Source: Squalus acanthias
Lineage: Eukaryota
Reading direction: 5' to 3'
Assembly (NCBI GenBank): GCA_030390025.1
Contig: CM059432.1
Span: 25,608,001 to 25,672,000 of the forward strand
Length of the DNA: 64,000 nucleotides
Part shown: in pieces, positions 1 through 8,958 of the stretch
Position numbering within the stretch: position 1 is the stretch's first letter
Layout of the letters: each line of letters opens with the position of its first letter
Position numbers and translations under genes: made by a program
The notes under the pieces: model-generated
Databases searched by the model: none
What the model saw: the letters and a program-made list of their open reading frames with translations, nothing else
Told to the model about the DNA's origin: nothing

Positions 1-858
1 CTCTGGGAGGTTATTTGTGTCCTCCTTTGTGAAGACAGAACCAAAGTATGTATTCAAGTGGTCTGCCATTTCTTTGTTCCCCATTATAAATTCCCCTGAT
101 TCTGACTGCAAGGGACCTACGCTTGACTTCAGCAATCTTTTTCTCTTCACATATCTATAAAAGCTTTTACAGTCAGTTTTTATGTTCCCTGAAAGCTTAC
201 TCTCACACTCTATTTTCCCCCTCTTAATTAATCCCTTTGTCCTTCATTGCTGAATCCTATACTGCTCCCAATCCTCAGGTTTTCTGCTTTTTATGGCCAA
301 TTTAGATGTCCTCTCCTTGGATCTTATGCTATCCCTAATTTCCTTTGTTAGCCACGGTTGAGTCACCTTTTTTGATTTATTTTTATGCCAAACTGGGATG
401 AACAAATTCTGTAGTTCATCCATGCGATCTTTGAATGTTTGCCATTGCCTTTCCACCGTCAACCCTTTTGAGTGACATTCCCCAATCAATCCTACCCAAC
501 TGGCGCCTCATACCATCGTAGTTTCCTTTATTTAAATTCAGGACCCCAGTCTCTGAGTCAACTACTTCACTCTCCATCTTAATGAAGAATTCTATCATAT
601 TATGATCACTCCGACCCAAGGGGCCTCGCACAACAAGATTGCTAATTAATCCTTTCTCATTACATAATACCCAGTCTAAGATGGCCTGATCTCTAGTTGG
701 TACCTCGACATATTGGTCCAGGAAACCATCCCGTATACACTCCAGGAATTCCTCCTCCACAGTATTGTTACTAATTTGGTAAGCCCAATCTATATGTAGA
801 TTAAAGTCGCCCATGATAACTGCTGTGCTCTTATTGCACGCTTCTCTAATTTCCCTTT
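1..858 (-). mobile_element. CR1 LINE ORF2 fragment (endonuclease C-terminus and linker)
   Basis: MGDFNLHIDW...LDWVL...SDHNMIEF motifs; frameshifted. Confidence 0.88.
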
Positions 859-894
859 AAAGATGTAAGCGTGGGGGAACATCTAGCGATTGTA

Positions 895-1192
895 ACATAG
901 AGTCAGAGGGCTGGATTTTGTCTTGGGGTCGGGTTGGGGTTGTGCAATCCGCATTTCGTGTTTCCCCCCCGACTCCAGATTAATGCCTGATGCAATTTTC
1001 ACTTAATTGGGCAATTGAGTTGGAGCATGTGGGATCCCATGAACTAATTAGTGTTTTGAGTCTGAAAGTCGCCTCTGATGATGTCATCATTGCTGACTGC
1101 CTAGTCTCAGAGATTGTTGGTGACAGAGGACCTGCCTGGCTTTTGATGTGAGTGGACCTGGATGCAAAAATTGGGGGGGGGGGGGGGGCGGG

Positions 1193-1232
<40 letters not shown>

Positions 1233-3643
1233 TTTGCAACCAAGTCCTCCCGGGCAGTCTCTGAAGACATTCAATGCAGCAGCATCAGAGGCGCCGTTCA
1301 GACCTAATACTACTACTACTACCTTCATCACATCTCCATTGTAATAGTGGACCTGCAGCTGATAGTCAGCTATCCACTTGTGCTCCCGTCAGGTTTCACT
1401 GGAGTGTGTCACACCAGGCGTGCTTCATGTCAGTAGAGGGTTAAACTAGCTACAGCGTTTCAAAATGGCATTACAGAGCCAATTTAGAGCTTGTTAAGGG
1501 CTTTAATGGCCTCTCCCGCCTCTTGAAGGCGGGACGGAGTCAGGAACCCCGCGACTGATTCTGTCAAAATTGCGTGGAGGCGGGATGGAGTTGGGATGGG
1601 GTCGGAAACCCCGACCCTGCAAATTTAACCCCCCACACGCCTCCAAACCCGACTCCATGGGTCATTCAAAATCCAGCCCATAGAGTCATAACGGCACAGA
1701 AGGAGGCCATTCGGCCCATCGAGTCCGTGCCGGCTCTCTGTAGAGCAATCCAGTCAGTCCCATTCCCCCACTCTATCCCTGTAGCCCTGCAAGTTTATTT
1801 CCCTCAAGTGCCTATCCAGTCTCCCCTTGAAAACATTGAGTGTCTCCGCTTCCACCACTTCCGTCGGCAGCGAGTTCCAGGTCCTCACCACTCGCTGCGT
1901 AAAAAAGTTTTTCCTCACGTCCCCCCTGTATCTCTTGCTCAAAACCTTAAATCTGTGTCCCCTAGTCCTTGTACCATCAACTAGTGGGAACAGCCTTTCC
2001 CCGTCTAGACTATCCAAACCCGTCATAATCTTGTACACCTCTATCAAATCACCCCTCAACCTCCTTTGCTCTAATGAAAACAAATCCAGCTTCTCCAACT
2101 TGTCCGTGTAGCTAAGATCCCCCATCCCCGGAACCTCTATTTAAGAAACTCAAGATCCCATATGCTTTGCTAACCACTCTCCCAATATGTCCTGCCACCT
2201 TCAGGGACCTATGCACATTAACTCCCAGGTCCCTCTGTCGCTGCACACTCTTCAAAACTGTGCCATTAAGTGTATATTGTCTCTCCCTGTTCCTTCTGCC
2301 AAAATGCATCACCTCACACTTCTCTGTATTAAATTCCATCTGCCACTTGTCTGCCCATTCTGCTAGCCTTTCTATGTCCTGTTGTAGTCATTTGATATCA
2401 TCCTCACTATTTACCACACCCCCAAGTTTGGTGTCATCGGCAAATTTAGAAATTCTACTCTGTATTCCAATATCCAGGTCATTTATATATATCAAAAACA
2501 GCAGTGGCCCCAGCACTGACCCTTGGGGAACACTACTGTCTACCATCCTCCAGTCAGAAAATTCCTTATCCAAGCTGGCACTGACCCACCTATTCCATGA
2601 ACCTCTATTTTGTTCACCAGCTTTCTATGTGATACTTTGTCAAACGCCTTCCTAAAATCCATGTGGACAACATCCATTGAATTCCCTTCATCGATCCTCC
2701 CTGTTACTTCATCAAAAAATTCAATTAGATTAGTCAAACATGATCTGCCTTTTACAAATCCATGTTGGCTCTCCTTAATTAGCTTAAACCTCTCCAAATG
2801 CCCGTTAATTTTTTCCTTGATTATCGTTTCTAAAATTTTACCCACCACTGATGTTAAACTGACCGGCCTGTAGTTACTAGGATTGTCCTTACACCCTTTC
2901 TTGAACAATGGTGTCACATTTGCCACTTTCCAATCCTCAGGCACCTCCTCCGCATCTAGGGAAGATTGGAAAATTATGGCAAGCCCTTCCGCTATCTCCT
3001 CCCCCAATTCCCTTAGCAATCTGAGATGCCAGCCATCTGGACCAGGTGACTTATCCACTCTAAGCATACCCAGCCTTTCTAGTACATCCTGTCTATCAAT
3101 TTTCACCCCTTCCATTGCTTCTACTTTTTCCGCTGCTACTGATATTTTGTCAGCATCCACCTCATTAGTAAACACCAATACAATGTACTCATTCAGTATT
3201 CTAGCCTTGCCCTGCACCTCTAAGCATATAAAACCTTCTTTGTCGCTAATAGGCTCCACCCCGCCTCTTAATACCCGCTTACTGTTTACATGCCGGTAGA
3301 ATATTTTTGGGTTCCCTTTTATGTTAACCGCCATTCTACTCTCATATTCTCTCTTTGCCAATCTTATTTTCATTTTCACTTCCCCTCTCAACTTATTGTA
3401 TTTGGTCTGGTTCTTCCTTGAAGAATTTACCTGACATGCATCATACACCCTCTTGTTTTGTTTCATCATCTTCTCTATCTCCCTCGTCATCCAAGGAGCC
3501 CTTGCTTTGGTTCCCTTACCCTTCCCTCTTGTTGGAATGTACCTAGCCTGTACTTGGAACATCTCTTCCTTAAAGATCACCCATTGTTCCGTTACAGATT
3601 TTCCTGTCAGTCTTTGGTTCCATTTTACTCTGGCTAGATGCAC
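895..3643 (-). mobile_element. CR1 LINE 3' portion (RT and 3' tail) with internal deletions; tail interrupted by a MITE
   Basis: [53 protein letters not shown] motifs; CATAGAGT tail repeats. Confidence 0.9.
908..1679. mobile_element. Harbinger-type MITE containing (GA)n and poly-G tracts
   Basis: Perfect 13-bp TIR GGGCTGGATTTTG/CAAAATCCAGCCC; flanks AGA/ATA fit a mutated 3-bp TSD. Confidence 0.75.
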
Positions 3644-6050
3644 AAGGCAATCTCATAGGTAATGGCAGCGAAATAGCAGAAATACTGAATAGTCACTTTG
3701 CCTCAGCATTTACCAGGGAGACTAACAAGATGGACATGACATTAGAAGAAGAGATCAAAAAAGATATCAAGACATTTAAGATCGAAAGGGGGAGATAATT
3801 GATAAACTAATCAAACTTAGAGAGGATAAAACCCCTGGTCAGTATGGATTGCATCTGCGCATATTAAAAGAAGTGAGGGAAGAGATAGCAGAGGCACTAT
3901 TACATATATATAACAATTTATTACAAAGGAATAATGCCAGGACTAGTGGACAGCTAATGTGATTTCTATATGTAAAAGGGGAGATCGAACAAGTCTAGGG
4001 AACAATAGAACAGTTAGCTTAAAGTCAGTGGTAGGAAAGATAATGTAGTCTTTATTCAAATATGTCAGCTAGAAATTGAAAATATAATAAAGAGTAGTCA
4101 GCACAGATTTCAAAAGGGAAAGTCATACTTGACCAACTTTATTGGCTTCTTTGAAGTAACAAAGAGTAGACAAGGGTAATGTAGTGGATGTAATATTTTT
4201 GGATTTTCAAAAGGCCTTCTATAAGTAGACTCATGACTAAGGTCAGAGCATGTGGAGTCAGGGGCAGGTAGCAGAATGGATAGCAAGCTGATAACAGAGT
4301 GTAGAGGTTAAGGGTAGCTACTGTAAGGGGTCACGGTACTGGTGCGAGGTGAGGCCTTCGTTGCCTATACTATTGCTTGCTCTGGTCTCCGGCCAGACTT
4401 TTGCAATAAGCACCTGTGAGTGGTTCGACCCACTCGCCCTTACGGTTCTGACACCTGGACTTAGATGCAAGGAGCAGTAATGCAGAGAAAAACTCAAATA
4501 GACCCGGTTGAATAGCACGAAATGAATATCTTTATTGCATGGCGTCTAAGATCATGAAATACATGTCATAGGCGCAGATCAAAGAGAGTACAAGTATACA
4601 CACGTTCATAAAACTTGGTCTATGGAAATGAGGAACACACGACACATCGAAAAAGGGGGAACACATTATACATTAACCTTAGAAAAACCACCCTCCCTCA
4701 ATATACCTAAACTACGTCTGGATTTGTAGGATCGGAAAAACATGCTCACCACTCGGCTCACTTCGGAACTTTAAAGTGAGGCACTCAGCTCGTTTCGCTG
4801 CACCGTCTGACTGTCACGTGTTTGGAAGGGTTTCTGCACCCCACTTGTTTACTCTCGCTGCCGCGAAAGGTAAGCCAGACTCCCTGATGTCATGAAGCAG
4901 TCGATGGACTCAGACCGGATCGTGCAGCAATCCGTAGAATTCAAAGGAAACAGTACATGTAGTAGTCGGTAGAATTCAAAGATGGGTTCTGTCGTTATAT
5001 CTTCTGGCGCGGTCGGGGTTTACTGACCGTGGCGGCACGTGGAATTTCTTCTCGTCTTTCTTCTCGTCACTCGGGCCTCCGGGTCCGGACACCGTTTACC
5101 GACACTCGGGATGGTGTACCCTGTTACTTGCCCTGTCGAGGCGGCTCGTTCCGATTGAGCTCCACCCAACACTCGAATAACCGACCAGCACGGCTAAGAG
5201 TCAAGAGTCAAGAGAGTCCAGCAAGAGCTTCAGGAAGAGTCAAGAGTCAAGAGAGAGGCCAGGAAGCGAGAGAGCGAATGGACATTTGTCCTCTATAGTT
5301 ATACTGTTATGTCGGCCTTATCTCCCGCTCATATCTAAACGTTTATTCTTTGTGTGATTTTTGGCGCCCAAAACTCCCAGCATGGGGCGATTATCTTCTT
5401 AACGGGTTTCGGTAGTACCTGAAACTGGCCAACTATCCGTTAATACCTTCTCCATTGTTGAGCCAGCCAGGATTGTAGAATTCGCAATATATCGCGATTT
5501 TATTAATAAGGAGAAAAACACATAGTTTCGTTCAAACAGCTTTTATTTCAGCAGAATGCTGTCAGGTTTTCAAAGTGGACACAAGCAGCTTGTAAAATGG
5601 CCGCCGCACCTCGTGACAGAACATTCTAGACTTTTCGACAGGCAGACAAGATGGCGTTCCAATAAACATTTGTGCAAGATCGATTAAGACTCAGCACATT
5701 GAAGATAATACACGAGACATCATGGGTTTACAGTATACACATAAATACTGAAATCGGTCTCCCAGGTACGAATAAAAGCTATTGTACCAAGCAATCAAGA
5801 ACCCATCCAAAGACATTAATATGTAAAATCCCAACGACTCTACGATGAGAGAGCCGTTAGCGGGTAGTTACAGAAAACACTTGGAAGCCCCAAAACCCCT
5901 CCAGGGAGAACACCGACCGATTAATCAATGGGAAAAATATTAACAGGTACTCAGACAATTACGAGTAGCCCCGAAACCCATTAAAACGAAGATCACCCTA
6001 TACAAGACATTTGAGCGCCAAACCCTAACAAAAGGAAAGACATTAAGGTT

Positions 6051-6081
6051 GGGCGGGAAACGGAAGATTTTGCACTATAAT
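6051..6081 (+). promoter_or_regulatory. Putative LTR core promoter (GC box + TATA-like)
   Basis: GGGCGG at 6051 and TATAAT at 6076; the GGGCGGGA...CACTATAA arrangement recurs in solo LTRs at about 21970-22000 and 58545-58575; YY1-type AAAATGGCCGCC/AAGATGGCG motifs lie upstream (about 5594, 5648). Confidence 0.5.
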
Positions 6082-6899
6082 TGCAAGCTCCAAACCGTCC
6101 ATCTCGCTCCTATTCAGTTGACTCTTATCTTGCTGGTGTTTATCCTCGTGGCTGCTCTTGACTCGCCGTCTTGTTCCTGCTTGCCTCGTGTCTCTTTTCA
6201 AAAGACTGTTGAACTTTATGATCCGCTCGAATCTACCTCGTGTCGTGTCGCGAAGACCTGTGTAGAACTGGGCTCTGAAGCCTTGAAGCGGGCGCACCAT
6301 CCCGATAAGTCGGTAAACGGTGTTGGAACCGAAGGCCCGAGATGAGATGAGATGAGATGAGATGAGAAGAGAAGAAGACCATACTTATCGCCACGGTCAG
6401 TAAGCTCCGACCGCGCCTGTAGGTCAAATAGACACTTTCCTTGCCCAGGAAGACTCTTCTTTGAGTTTTATCGAACCGGTGTGAGGGCACAGGAAGACTC
6501 TTTTTTTGAGTAGTGTCGGAACTCCGAGGACAACACAGATCTTCATGACAGCAGACGTTCCAGCCTGCTAGCCGGAGCAGAAACGAGTAAACAAGTGGGG
6601 CCCGGAGACCCCCTGATCGACACGTGGGTGCTGCGGTGAAAAACATCCGATCAGAGTTTTCGGAATTCTCCGAGTTATCACGAGTGGTGAGCATGAGTCT
6701 CGAATCCTACGAATCTAGCTTAGGACAGATATTGATAGGGGAGGGTTTTAAGTATTAAGGATAATTGTAATGTGTGCCCCCATTTACGATGTGTCGTTCG
6801 TTCCTCGTTTCCCTGAAATTAGTTACATAACTGCGTGTAAGATTGTACTGTCATTAATCTGTGCTTATGACATGTATTTCATAATCTTAAATATTATGC

Positions 6900-6905
6900 A
6901 ATAAA
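6900..6905 (+). promoter_or_regulatory. Putative LTR polyadenylation signal
   Basis: ATGCAATAAAGAT conserved in all related LTR copies, followed by T-rich sequence. Confidence 0.55.
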
Positions 6906-7149
6906 GATTTTCCATTTCGTACCATTCAACCGAGTCTACCTGAGTTTCATCTCCATTATTGCTCTCGCATCTAAGTCCAGTGTCTAGAACCGTAATGGCG
7001 AGTGGGTCGAACCACTCACAGGTGTGTATAGTGCTCCCAGACTGGCTGGAGACCAGAACAGGCAACAAGGCCTAAACCCGCACTAGCACCCGGGCTGCAC
7101 AGAGCCACACGAATCTCACAGGCTGAGAGACAAAAAACCCTTACAGAAA

Positions 7150-8958
7150 ATGGCGACCGCGGCAGGACACTGGCAGCGAGAGGGTAGTGTTTTAGACTTT
7201 GGTGTGAATGTACGAAATGTTATGCAGGAAAAGATAGCAGATTATGTGTTCGGAAAGGTAAATTTAACTAAGAAATGGATAAGTGACCTGTTAGCGGATA
7301 AGTGTCCACTAGAGGCAGCCGAGAGGTGGACAGATAGTAAGGAACATAAAAAGACAGTCGAGAAAGCAGTCTGGTTAATGTGTTACAAAAGGCAGGTCCA
7401 GATTTCAAACCAGATCATTACAGCGCAAACAGCTCGGATCAGGCATTTGGAGGAGGAAATGGATGAGAAGGTCTCTGGAGGGGAGTTGCTCATTAGGAAT
7501 TTAAGTGCGCTGCACCGAGAACGCCAGGAAATCACCAGTCACCATAAAGCAAAAATAGATTACCTCGAGTGCCAGGTCACTGAGGCAAAGTTAAGTGAGG
7601 GCAGACTAAAGGAACGATGTGCCCGCCAAGCTGCCCAAATAAGAGCCCAGGAAGAGAGCTTAACGGGGGTTAGGGCGGCATATAAGATGGCCCTTGAGGA
7701 TAAATTTCAGGGGACCGATCATAGCGTCTGCCAAAAGGAGATAGAGCACCTTAAAAGGGCCGTGAACAAAGCGCACGGCATGGTGTGCCTTATCAGTCCG
7801 TCAGCACACCAGCCACTAGTAGATGAGGAGTCTCAGAAATTCCCACCAAGTAAAGCAAAGGAAGTATTAGCCACTACGCCCTCCGCGCCACCCAGCTATT
7901 TGGAAACCTGGGTAAGGGAGGAAGTAGTAGAAGAAACGAAAGAGCCCACTGAGGAAGAAGTAGAAAAGGGACCGTTGTGTCCAGTTACGGGTATAAAAAG
8001 GGGCCCAAACAGAAACGGTGGGGAGGAACCAGGGGATCTCCTCAACCAGCTTGTGTTGCCTCACAGCTCACACCAGCTGAGAGTTATGATAAATCACGTA
8101 CGGAAGCTGACCGAGTCAGACGACCCTTCCGTACATTTCAGAGAAGTTGAGCAAACCGCAGCCATTAACGGCTGCGACGATGGGGAAACAGCAAAAATGC
8201 TGTTATTTTCGTTAGGCAGTTCAATCCTTCAGTGTCTCTCGGACGAGAGCAAGAGGGGAACCAAGACCTATGAGGCATTAAAAAATGAGGTCCTAGAAGT
8301 ATTGGGGACGGACGATGAAGGTCCGTTTGTTAGAGTGGGACAGACAGTGCAGATGGAGGGAGAACCCCCGAAGGTTTTTGCCGACAGGCTGTGGCCAGTA
8401 TATCAGCGCAGCTGTCCAGGTGCGCCAGAGCGCGACGCTGTGGACGGCGTCGGTTTAACTCATTGGCTCAGGTGTATAGTAGCCAACAGTTTGCCAGCCG
8501 TCAGAGAGCAGGCAAAAGCATGGTTTGATCCCACTGACCCCAACATTACGGAAGAGTCGGTCTTAAATCGACTCACGGTAGGATACCGTAATATAAGGGG
8601 TATGGGAACACGTCCCCTTAAGGGAAAAGTATATGAGGTACGACCCGCAGCCCCGGCTCAAAAGGAGTGGCATCAGGAGGGTAACCGCGCCCCGCAGGCA
8701 AGTAATGCTTGTTACGGGTGTGGGAGGACAGGGCACTGGCGCAAGAACTGCAGGAACCCTTGGAAGGATTCCAGGGATAAAAATCCCGCAGCCCGAGCCC
8801 AGATGCCTGTCTCTGTTAGGGAAGCTAGTGCACCCACCCCTCCCGACGACCTCGAAACAGTGTTGGGAGCCATGCGCAACTTTATGAGTGCACATGGAAG
8901 AGTGGCGGTTGCTACCGGCCCCGTAGGTGCCGCAGGCCCGTCTAACCATACCCAATGA
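7150..8958 (+). CDS. gag: Gag polyprotein (602 aa)
   Basis: Open ORF with strong Kozak (AAAATGG); N-terminal coiled-coil-like region; PSAPPSY late-domain motif (7879-7899); single CCHC knuckle CYGCGRTGHWRKNC (8710-8751). Confidence 0.92.
   Translation: MATAAGHWQREGSVLDFGVNVRNVMQEKIADYVFGKVNLTKKWISDLLADKCPLEAAERWTDSKEHKKTVEKAVWLMCYKRQVQISNQIITAQTARIRHLEEEMDEKVSGGELLIRNLSALHRERQEITSHHKAKIDYLECQVTEAKLSEGRLKERCARQAAQIRAQEESLTGVRAAYKMALEDKFQGTDHSVCQKEIEHLKRAVNKAHGMVCLISPSAHQPLVDEESQKFPPSKAKEVLATTPSAPPSYLETWVREEVVEETKEPTEEEVEKGPLCPVTGIKRGPNRNGGEEPGDLLNQLVLPHSSHQLRVMINHVRKLTESDDPSVHFREVEQTAAINGCDDGETAKMLLFSLGSSILQCLSDESKRGTKTYEALKNEVLEVLGTDDEGPFVRVGQTVQMEGEPPKVFADRLWPVYQRSCPGAPERDAVDGVGLTHWLRCIVANSLPAVREQAKAWFDPTDPNITEESVLNRLTVGYRNIRGMGTRPLKGKVYEVRPAAPAQKEWHQEGNRAPQASNACYGCGRTGHWRKNCRNPWKDSRDKNPAARAQMPVSVREASAPTPPDDLETVLGAMRNFMSAHGRVAVATGPVGAAGPSNHTQ
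7151..7168 (+). promoter_or_regulatory. Primer-binding site, tRNA-Arg(UCG)
   Basis: TGGCGACCGCGGCAGGAC is the reverse complement of the 3' 18 nt of vertebrate tRNA-Arg(TCG) (...GTCCTGCCGCGGTCG-CCA, recalled sequence); lies 5 nt after the LTR end. Confidence 0.88.

Larger units (their letters stand above)
5474..7145 (+). repeat. 5' LTR (1672 bp)
   Basis: TGTAGAATTCGC...CCCTTACA; matches 16640-18311 with about 11 substitutions and no indels by eye. Confidence 0.96.

Noticed and set aside
1172..1229. Poly-G and (GA)n ORFs (RERERE, SLSLSL)
   Set aside because: Microsatellite translation artefacts.
6233..6694. Antisense LTR ORF (153 aa; also 17399-17860, related 58570-59148) as an accessory gene
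   Set aside because: The ATG is the complement of the conserved GGTGAGCATG donor region; the frame is not kept in subfamily-B LTRs and it crosses a microsatellite.
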